Shown one piece after another: positions 50,136-64,000 of a DNA stretch of 64,000 nt. How positions within the stretch are numbered: the first letter of the stretch is position 1; each line of letters opens with the position of its first letter. The notes beneath the pieces are model-generated. The model did not search any database. It was not told the DNA's origin and saw nothing but the letters and a program-made list of their open reading frames with translations. The position numbers and the translations under genes are program-made. Origin of the DNA: Dehalococcoidia bacterium (GTDB taxonomy: Bacteria > Chloroflexota > Dehalococcoidia > UBA2979); contig OZ244720.1 in the NCBI GenBank assembly GCA_965219085.1, positions 2,848,001-2,912,000 on the forward strand, given 5' to 3'.

Positions 50136-50182
50136 GGATCCATGATGGCACGCGTCGTGCCGGGCGGAGCGACCGGGCAGTG

Positions 50183-50554
50183 CTACCGCCGCACGGGCCG
50201 GAACTGCGCGTACAGGACGCCGATGACCCCGCCGGCGAGTCCCAGGACGACGGCCTCGCCGCCCACGCCGCCGGGCTGGTCGGCGAAGACCGTCGAAGAC
50301 GGCCACTGGTCCATGCTCACGAGCACCAGCCAGCCGACGATCCAGCCGATTGCGCCGTCGCTTGCGCTGACGAGGAGTTCGGGCGTCGTGAGCCGGTTTC
50401 CGGCGGCGTAGCGGGCGAAGGCCGGCCCGGTCGCGCCGATGAGCAGCGGGAAGAGGTGGTATGTCGTGCCGTCGGCGAGCGAGGTGATGACCACCCACGC
50501 CACGGTCGCGATCGTCACCGCCACGGTCCCAGCGACGATCGGCGCTACGCGCAC
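50183..50554 (-). CDS. Hypothetical membrane protein
   Basis: Four hydrophobic segments. Confidence 0.55.
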   Translation of the reverse strand: MRVAPIVAGTVAVTIATVAWVVITSLADGTTYHLFPLLIGATGPAFARYAAGNRLTTPELLVSASDGAIGWIVGWLVLVSMDQWPSSTVFADQPGGVGGEAVVLGLAGGVIGVLYAQFRPVRR

Positions 50555-50610
50555 GTGGAGGCCCTTCCGGTCATCGGTCGTTGGTCCACGCGGTCACGGT
50601 ACCACGGGGG

Positions 50611-51045
50611 TTACACGTCGGCGGCGTAGTCCCACGACACGATGTGCTCGGGCCGCACGCGGAACACGACGGTGCCGGGCGAGCCGTCGCGGTACGGCTC
50701 GGCGAAGGCGTTGCCCTCCTCCTCGCCGTAGTAGCGCGTGGCCATGCGCCGCGCGACCTCGTACAGCGGGTCGTCTTCCTCGGTGACCTCTTCGGCGGGG
50801 CCATCGATGACGGCGCACGCGTACGGCGGCTCGCGGTCGTCGATGCAGACCGAGGCGTGGGGGACGCGCTGGATGTTGCGCCACTTGAGGCTGGAGCGGC
50901 CGGTGAAGATCAGCACCGAGCCGTCGCGCCACTCGTACCAGACGGGCGCCGAGCGCGGATGCCCACGCCGATCGACCGTCGAGACGACGGCCATCTTGGC
51001 GCCCTCGGTCAGGAACTGTTCGAGCCGGGCTTCGTCCATCGGCAA
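50611..51045 (-). CDS. PPOX-class (F420-dependent) split beta-barrel protein
   Basis: STV...GHP..APVWY, K.RNI...P; GGAGG RBS. Confidence 0.85.
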   Translation of the reverse strand: MPMDEARLEQFLTEGAKMAVVSTVDRRGHPRSAPVWYEWRDGSVLIFTGRSSLKWRNIQRVPHASVCIDDREPPYACAVIDGPAEEVTEEDDPLYEVARRMATRYYGEEEGNAFAEPYRDGSPGTVVFRVRPEHIVSWDYAADV

Positions 51046-51200
51046 GGTGCACCTCCGTCTGTGCGATAGGGCATGATGCGCCTGCAGCCGCCGGGCGCAA
51101 CACCGCGGCCTCGCGCGGGCGATCCAGGTCAGAAGTACATGTCACGAAGCGAGCCGTCTTCAATCAAAACGGCTGTTACTGCTTCCCAGTGGTAGCGCCC

Positions 51201-51587
51201 TCACCAGAGACGCATCACACCGTAGCTGTCGAAGGACGTCTCGTTGGAGACGAGTACCAGCTCGCGACTGATTGCCTGTGCGATGAGCATGCGGTCGAAC
51301 GGGTCGCGGTGCAGACCCGCCAGCGCCCCGGCGCGCACACCATCCTCGACGGTCACGGATAGCTTCTCGAAGCGCTGACTGGCGATGTACTCGGGAATGT
51401 TGAGAGCCAGAGTGTCCACGCCACGCAACCGCCCCAGCCGGCGCTTGGTCGCGATCTCCCAGGCGGATGCGGCGCTGACGAGTACGTCGTTCGACTCCTC
51501 TGATATCGCTGCTCGGGCCGGCGCCGGCAGATGGTCGCTGCCTTCGAACCACCAGATGAAGGCGTGAGTGTCGAGGAGGAGGCGCAA
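51201..51587 (-). CDS. vapC: VapC/PIN toxin
   Basis: LLDTH, SAASAWEI..K, HRDPFDRMLIAQA. Confidence 0.93.
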   Translation of the reverse strand: MRLLLDTHAFIWWFEGSDHLPAPARAAISEESNDVLVSAASAWEIATKRRLGRLRGVDTLALNIPEYIASQRFEKLSVTVEDGVRAGALAGLHRDPFDRMLIAQAISRELVLVSNETSFDSYGVMRLW

Positions 51588-51590
51588 GAT

Positions 51591-51824
51591 CTAGGCGCCC
51601 TCCCAGGCGGCGAGTTCCGATTCGGGGAGAGGATCGAAGAAGCTGTCGTCGAGCTTGATTCGCCCCCTGAGTGTGCCGAATTGGCGCTTGCCCGGCGGCT
51701 CGAAGGCCACAAGCCGCGCCACAGGCTTGCCGTTCCGCGCAATCACGACATCCTCACCGGCCTCAACTTGCGCCAACAGGCGCGACAGGTTGCTCTTCGC
51801 TTCGTGAACGTTAACCGTCGTCAT
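51591..51824 (-). CDS. Phd/YefM-family antitoxin
   Basis: VNVHEAKSNLSRLL...GEDVVIARNGKPVARLV; directly upstream of vapC. Confidence 0.93.
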   Translation of the reverse strand: MTTVNVHEAKSNLSRLLAQVEAGEDVVIARNGKPVARLVAFEPPGKRQFGTLRGRIKLDDSFFDPLPESELAAWEGA

Positions 51825-52041
51825 TCGCGGTGCTCCTGCTCCACCGTAGTCTAGCTAACCTGCGGGCTAATGCAAATGCGTGCGGACACCAGCGCCTCCA
51901 CCCCTTCAGGGGCACGACTTCTGATTCCAGGATCATCCGTGAGCGTCTACCCTTCTGACAGTGATCGCGGGTTGAGTCGCAGGCCACGGAGGCGTAGGCT
52001 GCGAGGGCACACATCGCACGCATGTTCGTCGAGGTGACAAC

Positions 52042-56427
<4,386 letters not shown>

Positions 56428-56521
56428 GCGGCGACATCCGCGACAGAACCGGTAAACTGATCCGCGCGGGCTTGCGGCGCGCGAGGGCGCACGCAACGCC
56501 GCATGGGTGAGGAGGCAAGCG

Positions 56522-57379
56522 ATGCCGAGGCCGATCTGGCGCGGGGCAATCAGCTTCGGGATGGTCTCGATCCCGGTGCGGCTCTACACCGCCACCGAGA
56601 GCAAGGACGTCTCCTTCCGCCAACTCGACCGCGAGGACCACTCCCGCGTCCGCCAGCTGCGCTGGAACATGGAACTCGACCGCGAGGTGCCCTACGACCA
56701 GATCGTGCGCGGCTACGAGTACTCCAAGGACCGCTACGTCGTCCTCGATGACGAGGATTTCGAGAAGCTGCCGCTCCCCAGCAGGCGCACCATCGCCATC
56801 CAGGCGTTCGTGCAGCTCGAGGAGATCGACCCCGTCTACTACGAGAAGGCCTACTACCTCGAACCGGACGAGGCGGGCGAGAAGCCGTTCGCGCTGCTGA
56901 TGCGGGCGCTGGAGGCCAGGGGCCTCGTGGCCGTCGCGCAGGTCGCCATCCGTAACAAGGAGCGGCTCTGCGCGCTGCGCGTGCTCGGCGACGATGGGGA
57001 AGGCGGCGGCCGGATCCTCCTCGAAACGTTGCACTACCCCGACGAAATCCGCACCGCCCGGCTCGAACCCCTCGACACCGCCGAGGTGACCGAGGACGAG
57101 CTGGCGATGGCGCTCACGTTAGTCGGGATGCTCGAGCAGCCGTTCGCACCCGAGGAGTACCACGACGAGTATCGCGAAGCTCTGATGACCGTCATCAACG
57201 CCAAGCTGGAGGGCCAGGAGCTCGCCGAAGCCGCCGAACCCGAGACCGCCAAGATCGTCGACCTCATGGCCGCGCTCCGCGCGAGCGTCGAGGCCGCCAG
57301 CCGCCAGCACGACGCCGACGAGGCCGAGGCGGAAGCCGAGGCCGCCGAGCCCTCGCACGCCGAGGCGAAGGCCAGCTAG
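56522..57379 (+). CDS. ku: Ku protein (NHEJ)
   Basis: IWRGAISFGMVSIPV, RGYEY, YYLEP, DLMAALRAS. Confidence 0.96.
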   Translation: MPRPIWRGAISFGMVSIPVRLYTATESKDVSFRQLDREDHSRVRQLRWNMELDREVPYDQIVRGYEYSKDRYVVLDDEDFEKLPLPSRRTIAIQAFVQLEEIDPVYYEKAYYLEPDEAGEKPFALLMRALEARGLVAVAQVAIRNKERLCALRVLGDDGEGGGRILLETLHYPDEIRTARLEPLDTAEVTEDELAMALTLVGMLEQPFAPEEYHDEYREALMTVINAKLEGQELAEAAEPETAKIVDLMAALRASVEAASRQHDADEAEAEAEAAEPSHAEAKAS

Positions 57380-57413
57380 GCCGCGCCGGCTGCACCCGCG
57401 GTAGCGCGCCTCG

Positions 57414-60362
57414 ATGCCCTCCCCAGAGCACACGACCCCGCCCGCGGCTTCCGAGGCATCCGGCACCCTCGCGGAGTACGACGCGAAGCGCGATTTCGGC
57501 GAGACGCCCGAGCCGGCGCCCCAGTCGCCGTCACAGTCGCCGTCACAGTCGCCGCCAGCCGCGACCGGCCCCCTGACGTTCGTCGTGCAGCAGCATCGCG
57601 CGACGCGCATGCACTACGACGTACGCCTCGAAGTGGGTGGCGTCATGCCCTCGTGGCCCGTGCCGAAGGGCCCCTCGACGAACCCGCGCGAGCGCCGACT
57701 TGCGATCCAGACCGAGGACCACCCGCTCGACTACGCCTCGTTCGAGGGGCTGATCCCAAAGGGCCAGTACGGCGCGGGCGAGGTCATCGTCTGGGACAAC
57801 GGCACCTACTCGCCCGACGAGGGCGGGCGCCTGTCCTTCGGCGACCGCGAGGAGGCCGAGGCGCGCGTGCGCGCGGGCATCGCGGCGGGCAAGCTCTCGA
57901 TCACGTTCCGCGGCCGCAAGCTCAAGGGCTCGTGGACGTTCGTGAAGACGAGTGCCTCCGAGGACAGCTGGCTGCTGATCAAGCACCAGGACGTCGCGGC
58001 AGACCCCGACCGCGAACTGACCGCCGAGGACGCCTCGGTGATCTCGGGCCTGACCATCGGCGACCTTCAGGGTGGGCGCGTACCCGACCCGGCACGCGCT
58101 GGCACGCCGCCGCGCCTAGCCGACGTGCCGGGCGTCGCCCTCGACGCGCTGCCGCGCGGTGTGAAGCCGATGCAGGCGGACCTCGCCACCGAGCCGTTCG
58201 ACAACGCGGCGTGGTTCTTCGAGCCGAAACTCGACGGCATCCGCGCGCTCGTCACCATCGAGGGCGACGCTTCCCTGGATGCGGGGATACCCCGCGGGTC
58301 CCTGGATGCGGGGATACCCTGCGGGTCCCTGGATGCGGGGATACCCTGCGGGTCCCTGGATGCGGGGATACCCCGCAGGGTCTCGCTGCGCGCGCGCAGC
58401 GGGCGCGACATCACCGCGCAGTACCCGGCGCTCGTGCGAGCGCTGGCCGAGCAGCCCGTCGCTACGGCGGTCCTGGACGGCGAGATCGTCACGCTCGACG
58501 AGCGTGGCGTGCCGTCGTTCGAGCTGTTGCAGCAGCGCATGGGCCTCCAGAACGCCGAGGAGATCGCTGTCGCCGACGCGGAGCGGCCCGTGCTGTTCTT
58601 CGCCTTCGACGCGCTTTACCTCGACGGCCACGACCTGCGCCGCGTGGCGCTGGAACATCGCGCCGAGGTGCTCGCCCGCGTGGTGCTGCCGGGGCCGCTC
58701 GTGCAGCGCGTCGAGACGTTCGCGGCCGACGGCATCGCGGCGTTCGAGGCGGCGAAGGCGCTTGGCCTCGAGGGCGTCGTGGCGAAGCGCCGCGACAGCG
58801 TCTACGAGGAGGGGCGGCGCTCGCAGCGCTGGCTCAAGGTGAAGGTGCGCCAGACCGGCGACTTCGTGATCGGTGGCCACCACAGCGGCGAGGGCGCGCA
58901 CACCGGCACCTTCGGGGCGCTGCTCCTCGGCACGCGCGACGAGGGCTCCTCGGGCGATCCCCGCCCCGACGAAGACCCATCCCTGCGCTACGTCGGCCGT
59001 GTCGGCACGGGCTTCGACGACGCCACGCTGCGAGAGCTGCGGGCCCGCCTCGACGCCATCGAGACCGACACCAACCCCTTCGCCGAGGAGCCGCCGGACG
59101 TGGACCGCGTGACGTTCGTCCGGCCGGAGCTTGTGGCCGAGGTCGCGTACGCGAACGAGACGCGCGAGGGCATCCTGCGCGCGCCGTCGTTCCTGCGGCT
59201 GCGGCCCGACAAGCCGCCGTCCGAGGTGCGCCGCCCCGCACTCGTCGCGCCGCCCGCCTCGTCGCGCACAGCGACGGCGCCCACCGACGCCGACGCCATC
59301 GCCTCGGTGCTCACACAACTCGACGGCAACGCGGCCGAGATGCAACTCGCCATCGGCGCGCACGAGGTGCGGGTGACGAACCTCGACAAGGTGTTGTGGC
59401 CGGAGCACCAGGCATCTGAAGGCGGAGGCTCACCGGCCGTCACGAAGCGCGACCTGCTGCGCTACCTCGCGCGGGTCTCGCCGTGGCTGCTCCCGCACAT
59501 GCGCGACCGCCTCGTCACGCTCACACGCTACCCCGACGGCGTCGGCGGCAACTCGTTCTACCAGAAGCACTACGACCGACCGCCGGCGTTCGTCGAGACC
59601 GCCGAGGTGTACGTGGACTCCTCGCGCGGCGACGAGACGGCGCTGCTCTGCAACAACCTCGCGACGCTGCTCTGGCTCGGCCAGCTCGCCGACCTCGAAC
59701 TGCACGTCTCACTCGCGCGCGCGAGCGCGGAGCCGGACGGGCACCACCTGCCGATGGTGTTCTCCGGCTCGAAGGAGCAGATCGAGCGCTCGGCGCTCGG
59801 GCACCCCGACTTCGTGCTGTTCGACCTCGACCCCTACATCTACGCGGGCGACGAAGCGAGCGGCGAGGAGCCGCAGCTCAATCGCCGCGCCTTCTCGCAG
59901 ACCGTCGAGGTGGCGCGCTGGCTCAAGGAGCTGCTCGACGCGGCGTCACTGTCGTCGTTCGTGAAGACCTCGGGCGCGACGGGGCTGCACATCTACGTGC
60001 CGGTGCTGCGGCACTTCGACTACCCGGCGGTGCGGGCGGTGGCGGGCACGTTCGCCGACTTCCTGCAGCGCGCCCACCCCGCCGAGATCACGCTCGAGTG
60101 GGCGACGCAGCAGCGCACGGGCAAGATCTTCGTCGACGTGAACCAGAACGCTCGCATCAAGAACCTCGCGACGGCGTTCTCGCCACGCCCGAAGCCCGGC
60201 GCCCCCGTCTCGACGACGCTGCGCTGGGACGAGCTCGACGACGTGTACCCCTCGGACTTCACGATCCACACCGCGCTCGCCCGCCTCGCCGAGGTGGGCG
60301 ACCCATGGGCGGACATCATCCGACATAAGCATGACTTGCGGGCGTTGATCGAGGGGGAGTAG
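57414..60362 (+). CDS. ligD: LigD (phosphoesterase-ligase-polymerase order)
   Basis: PE: HRATRMHYDVRLE, EDHPLDY; LIG: EPKLDG, DGEIV, EGVVAK, WLKVK; POL: FDLDP, KTSG..GLH. Confidence 0.96.
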   Translation: MPSPEHTTPPAASEASGTLAEYDAKRDFGETPEPAPQSPSQSPSQSPPAATGPLTFVVQQHRATRMHYDVRLEVGGVMPSWPVPKGPSTNPRERRLAIQTEDHPLDYASFEGLIPKGQYGAGEVIVWDNGTYSPDEGGRLSFGDREEAEARVRAGIAAGKLSITFRGRKLKGSWTFVKTSASEDSWLLIKHQDVAADPDRELTAEDASVISGLTIGDLQGGRVPDPARAGTPPRLADVPGVALDALPRGVKPMQADLATEPFDNAAWFFEPKLDGIRALVTIEGDASLDAGIPRGSLDAGIPCGSLDAGIPCGSLDAGIPRRVSLRARSGRDITAQYPALVRALAEQPVATAVLDGEIVTLDERGVPSFELLQQRMGLQNAEEIAVADAERPVLFFAFDALYLDGHDLRRVALEHRAEVLARVVLPGPLVQRVETFAADGIAAFEAAKALGLEGVVAKRRDSVYEEGRRSQRWLKVKVRQTGDFVIGGHHSGEGAHTGTFGALLLGTRDEGSSGDPRPDEDPSLRYVGRVGTGFDDATLRELRARLDAIETDTNPFAEEPPDVDRVTFVRPELVAEVAYANETREGILRAPSFLRLRPDKPPSEVRRPALVAPPASSRTATAPTDADAIASVLTQLDGNAAEMQLAIGAHEVRVTNLDKVLWPEHQASEGGGSPAVTKRDLLRYLARVSPWLLPHMRDRLVTLTRYPDGVGGNSFYQKHYDRPPAFVETAEVYVDSSRGDETALLCNNLATLLWLGQLADLELHVSLARASAEPDGHHLPMVFSGSKEQIERSALGHPDFVLFDLDPYIYAGDEASGEEPQLNRRAFSQTVEVARWLKELLDAASLSSFVKTSGATGLHIYVPVLRHFDYPAVRAVAGTFADFLQRAHPAEITLEWATQQRTGKIFVDVNQNARIKNLATAFSPRPKPGAPVSTTLRWDELDDVYPSDFTIHTALARLAEVGDPWADIIRHKHDLRALIEGE
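58272..58379 (+). repeat. 27-bp tandem repeat x4 containing the palindrome GCGGGGATACCCCGC, in frame in ligD
   Basis: TCCCTGGATGCGGGGATACCC(C/T)GC(G/A)GG x4 encoding (SLDAGIP[R/C][G/R])4. Confidence 0.95.
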
Positions 60363-60419
60363 GGCGCGGGCAGAACGTCGCGTAGCTCCACAGGGTGGTG
60401 TAGCGATACAGTCGATCGT

Positions 60420-61046
60420 ATGGAAAGCGTATTCATCTACTGGGATAACTCCAATATCTTCCACGAGGCACAGCGCCTCGCGGAGGAACGCGACAGGACT
60501 CCCGGCGCGCGTTACCTCGTGCGCATCGACTTCGAAGCGATGTTGAACCTGGCGCACGCCGGACGTGCGGTCGGGCATGCGGTCGCTGCCGGCTCCGTGC
60601 CACCAGAGATGCGGCAGTTGTGGAATCGCCTCGAAAGCCGCGGTGTGGAGGTCAAGCTGTTCGATCGCGGCAGTCCGGAGCGCGGCGAGCAGGAAATGCC
60701 GGACCGCTTGTTGCAACTACGGATGTTGGAGGACGCACTGGATAACAACGGCGATCCGGGCGTCGCCGTGTTGCTGACCGGAGACGGGGCGGGCTATCAG
60801 GAGGGTGCGGGCTTCCACAGTACCCTGGAGCGGATGCATAGGCGTGGCTGGCGGGTGGAGATCCTGTCGTGGTCGCATTCCTGCAACCAGCGGATGCGCC
60901 GCTGGGCCGAAGAGAACGGTGTGTTCGTCGCGCTGGACGACTTCTACGAAGCCGTCACGTACAGGGAGCCCTCGCGGTCCGGGTTCGAGTTCGCGCCCGC
61001 GCGCGATTCCGCGCCGCTCGATCTCTCGTTGCGGGCAACTGCGTAA
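60420..61046 (+). CDS. NYN (LabA/DUF88, PIN-like) domain protein
   Basis: IYWDNSNI, EQEMPD..L, LLTGDG, GWRVEI.SW, LDD. Confidence 0.85.
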   Translation: MESVFIYWDNSNIFHEAQRLAEERDRTPGARYLVRIDFEAMLNLAHAGRAVGHAVAAGSVPPEMRQLWNRLESRGVEVKLFDRGSPERGEQEMPDRLLQLRMLEDALDNNGDPGVAVLLTGDGAGYQEGAGFHSTLERMHRRGWRVEILSWSHSCNQRMRRWAEENGVFVALDDFYEAVTYREPSRSGFEFAPARDSAPLDLSLRATA

Positions 61047-61098
61047 CCGTGCGGCTCTCCCATTGGCCCCCTTGGCGGCGGCGTCATACAGTCGATAT

Positions 61099-62235
61099 AT
61101 GGCTGTGAACGGGGCGCGCGACGCCGGGCGCGGGGGACTGAAGCAGCTCGCGCTGCGCGAGCGCCACGAGGCGCTCGGCGCACGCTTCGCACCCTTCGCG
61201 GGCTGGGAGATGCCCCTCCAGTACCAGGGCATCGTCGCTGAGCACGAGGCCGTGCGAGGGGGCGTCGGGGTCTTCGATGTCTCGCACCTCGCGCGTGCGT
61301 GGGTGCGCGGTCCCGGCGCCGCTGAGCTGCTGCGCTCGGTCACCACGTTCGACGTGACCACGGTGCCGGTCGGCAAGGCGCACTACTCGCTGTACTGCAA
61401 TGAGGCCGGCGGCATCGAGGACGACGTCTTCATCTACCACCTCCCCGACGACCAGTGGTTGGTCATCCACAACGCCGCCAACGCCGATGCCGACTTCCTG
61501 CGCCTCCAGAGGGTCGCCGGCGACGCCGCGTCCGAGGAGACCCCGCAGACCGTCATGCTCGCCGTGCAAGGCCCCGACGCTGTCGAGTTGCTCACGAGCG
61601 TCCTCGGGGATGGGTTCGCGACGCTGGAGCCGCGCGACTGCGCCCAACTCGACTGGGGCGGCGTGCCCGTGCTCGTCGCCCGCACCGGCTACACGGGCGA
61701 GGACGGCGGCGAGTGCATCGTCGGGGCCGACGATGCCGCCGCACTGTGGGACGCGCTGACCGGCGCCGGCGCGACGCCCACCGGCCTCGGCGCGCGCGAC
61801 ACGCTGCGGCTCGAGGCCGCGCTGCCGCTCCACGGCAACGACATCGACGCGACCACGCACCCGTTCGAGTCGGGCCTCGGTTTCGCCGTCACGCTCGACG
61901 ACGATGCGCCGTTCACCGGCCGCGAGGCGCTCACCGAGGCGAAGGCGCAGCCCCGCACGCGGCGGCTTGCCCACGTCCTCGCGCAGCAGCGCGGAGTCAT
62001 CCGGGCGGGCTACGGTGTGCACGTGACAGACGAGGACGGTGAGCTCCTCGGAGACCCCCTGACGACGCTCACCAGCGGGGCGTTCAGCCCCAGCTTGCGC
62101 CTCGGCATTGGCATGGCCTACCTTCCCGCGCAGCTAGCCAGGCCCGGCGTCAGGCTCGCGGTGGACGTGCGTGGGCGCGCGCTCCCCGTCGAGGTCGTGC
62201 GCCGCCCGTTCTACCGGAAGCAGGAGCAGTCGTGA
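61099..62235 (+). CDS. gcvT: Glycine cleavage T protein
   Basis: FAGWEMPLQY, FDVSH, RTGYTGEDG, ARDTLRLEA, PFY. Confidence 0.96.
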   Translation: MAVNGARDAGRGGLKQLALRERHEALGARFAPFAGWEMPLQYQGIVAEHEAVRGGVGVFDVSHLARAWVRGPGAAELLRSVTTFDVTTVPVGKAHYSLYCNEAGGIEDDVFIYHLPDDQWLVIHNAANADADFLRLQRVAGDAASEETPQTVMLAVQGPDAVELLTSVLGDGFATLEPRDCAQLDWGGVPVLVARTGYTGEDGGECIVGADDAAALWDALTGAGATPTGLGARDTLRLEAALPLHGNDIDATTHPFESGLGFAVTLDDDAPFTGREALTEAKAQPRTRRLAHVLAQQRGVIRAGYGVHVTDEDGELLGDPLTTLTSGAFSPSLRLGIGMAYLPAQLARPGVRLAVDVRGRALPVEVVRRPFYRKQEQS

Positions 62236-62633
62236 GCGGCGGACAGGTACCGGACGGGCTCCTCTACACGAGCGACCACGAGTGGCTCCGCCGTGACGAC
62301 GCAAGCCCCGATGAGGCCGTGATCGGCATCACGGACTTCGCCCAGGACCAGCTCGGCGACGTGGTCTACCTCGACCTCCCCGCCGAGGGCGCCGAGGTCA
62401 CCAGCGGCGAGCGCTTCGGCGAGGTCGAGTCGGTCAAGACCGTCTCCGACCTCTTCGCACCGATCACTGGTGAGGTCATCGCCACCAACGGCGACCTCGA
62501 GGACCAGCCCGAGCTGGTCAACGACTCGCCGTACGACGAGGGCTGGCTGGTCCGCGTGCGCATCGCCGACGACTCCCAACTCGACGGCCTGCTCGACGCC
62601 GACGCGTACCGCGCGCAACTCCCGGCGAGCTGA
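62232..62633 (+). CDS. gcvH: Glycine cleavage H protein
   Basis: HEW, GITDFAQDQLGD, VESVKT (lipoyl Lys), NDSPY..GWL. Confidence 0.97.
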   Translation: MSGGQVPDGLLYTSDHEWLRRDDASPDEAVIGITDFAQDQLGDVVYLDLPAEGAEVTSGERFGEVESVKTVSDLFAPITGEVIATNGDLEDQPELVNDSPYDEGWLVRVRIADDSQLDGLLDADAYRAQLPAS

Positions 62634-62659
62634 CGTTGGCGTCCCTTCCGATCGAGGCG

Positions 62660-64000
62660 TTGCCCGCGGGGTCGCCCCACCCATACATCCCGGCCACCGA
62701 GGCCGATCGCGCGCGCATGCTCGCGCGTGTCGGCGTCGAGAGCGTCGATGCGCTGTTCGCCGACCTGCCCGCGGCCTACCGTGACCCGGCGTTCGAGTTG
62801 CCGCCGCAGCTGACCGAACCGGAGCTGATCGCGCTGCTCGAGGAGCGCGCGGCGATCAATGCCCACCCGGGCCGGCCGAACTTCCTTGGGGCGGGCGCGT
62901 ACCGGCGCTCGATCCCGTCGATCGCCGGCTACCTGACGAGCCGCTCGGAGTTCGTCACGGCGTACACGCCGTACCAGCCGGAGATCAGCCAGGGCACGCT
63001 GCAGTCCGGCTTCGAGTACCAGTCGGTCGTCTGCGAACTGACCGGGATGGATGTCTCCAACACCGGCCTCTACGACGTCGCCAGCGCGACCGCCGAGGCG
63101 TGCCTGCTCGCAGCGCGCGCCACGCGCCGCACGGCCGTCGCGCTGCTCGAACCGATCCACCCCGGCACCGTCGACGTCATACGCGCCTACGCGCGCGGAA
63201 CGGGCCTCCGAGTCGACCTCGTGACCTCCGCGGACGCCGCGACCGAGGAGCACGCGTGCCTCGTCGCACAGCAGCCCGACTTCCTCGGCACGATCGCCGA
63301 CCTCGAACCGCTCGCCGAGGCGGCGCACTCCGCCGGCGCGCTGTTCGTGACCGTCGCCGACCCCTTCGCGCTCGGCCTGCTGCGCGCGCCCGGCGACGCG
63401 GGCGCCGACATCGTCACCGGCGAGGGACGCGACCTTGCGGGCGCGCCCGCCTTCGGAGGGCCGTCCGTCGGGCTGTTCGCCGCGCGGCAGCAGTACCTGC
63501 GGCAGATGCCGGGCCGCATCGTCGGCCGCACGAAGGAGCTCGAGACGCCGCCCGGCCACGACGAGCCACGCACCGGCTACGTGCTCACGCTCCAGGCGCG
63601 CGAGCAGTTCATCCGCCGCGAGCGCGCCACCTCGAACGTCTCGACGGCGCAGGCGCTGATCGCGCTCGCCTTCACCATCACGGTGCAGGCGCTCGGCCCG
63701 CGCGGCCTGCGCGAGGCCGCCGAGCTGTGCTACCAGCGCGCCCACGCCGCCGCCGCGCGCGTGGCGGCGCTGCCGGGCCACGAGGTCCCCGAGCGCGGGC
63801 CGTGGTTCCAGGAGTTCCTCGTGCGGGGCCCGGTGCCCGCGGCGACCCTTGCCCGCGAGCTCGCCGCGCGCGGTATCACGGCTGGGCTCGACGTGTCGGA
63901 CCGGCCCGAGTCCGAGGCGCACGAGGCGCTGCTCTTCGCCGTCACCGAGGCGACGCCCGACGCGCACGTCGACGCGTTGATCGAGGCGCTCGCGGAGATC
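62660..64000 (+). CDS. gcvPA: Glycine dehydrogenase subunit 1 (runs off the window end)
   Basis: Read by hand: HPYIP, FLGAGAY, EFVTAYTPYQPEISQG, QMPGRIVG, REQFIRRERATSN; no stop before 64000; start approximate. Confidence 0.93.
   Translation, partial: MPAGSPHPYIPATEADRARMLARVGVESVDALFADLPAAYRDPAFELPPQLTEPELIALLEERAAINAHPGRPNFLGAGAYRRSIPSIAGYLTSRSEFVTAYTPYQPEISQGTLQSGFEYQSVVCELTGMDVSNTGLYDVASATAEACLLAARATRRTAVALLEPIHPGTVDVIRAYARGTGLRVDLVTSADAATEEHACLVAQQPDFLGTIADLEPLAEAAHSAGALFVTVADPFALGLLRAPGDAGADIVTGEGRDLAGAPAFGGPSVGLFAARQQYLRQMPGRIVGRTKELETPPGHDEPRTGYVLTLQAREQFIRRERATSNVSTAQALIALAFTITVQALGPRGLREAAELCYQRAHAAAARVAALPGHEVPERGPWFQEFLVRGPVPAATLARELAARGITAGLDVSDRPESEAHEALLFAVTEATPDAHVDALIEALAEI

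Noticed and set aside
57522-57554. 12-bp repeat (QSPS) in the ligD N-terminus
   Set aside because: Simple slippage in a low-complexity linker.
58272-58379. Mini-CRISPR array from palindromic repeats
   Set aside because: The repeats are directly adjacent with no spacers and lie in frame within ligD.
61047-61098. Glycine riboswitch upstream of gcvT
   Set aside because: The spacer is only about 50 nt and lacks the aptamer motifs.

Overview
High-GC bacterial chromosomal window; gene content (PAC2-family protein, F420-type PPOX protein, membrane-anchored YvcK, split GcvP) suggests Chloroflexota/Dehalococcoidia, which is an inference. The first 11 kb are accessory. An IS3-family element carries a precisely inserted IS110/IS1111-type element. 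The downstream non-coding region of that element contains two guide segments that exactly match both halves of its insertion site (bridge/seek RNA). Its right end is amplified into five tandem copies, each joined at the AG recombination core. Next is a translationally coupled array of four secreted peptidase-like paralogues with conserved ends and variable middles; one is cut by the IS3 and one by an IS1202/IS481-like element with a 7-bp target duplication. The rest is mostly housekeeping: tlyA-nadK-argA-NUDIX, frdABCD, fumC, mdh, icd, pccB, hydantoinase/oxoprolinase A/B, rplY, rlmN, fmt, secG, yvcK, gatB, tRNA-Gly, tRNA-Leu, ilvA, lhr-ku-ligD and gcvT-H-PA. Small inserts include an AT-richer winged-helix + GHKL-ATPase pair between mdh and fumC (candidate defence system), a Phd-VapC toxin-antitoxin pair, an NYN nuclease gene, and a palindromic motif present in frame in both ligD and lhr.
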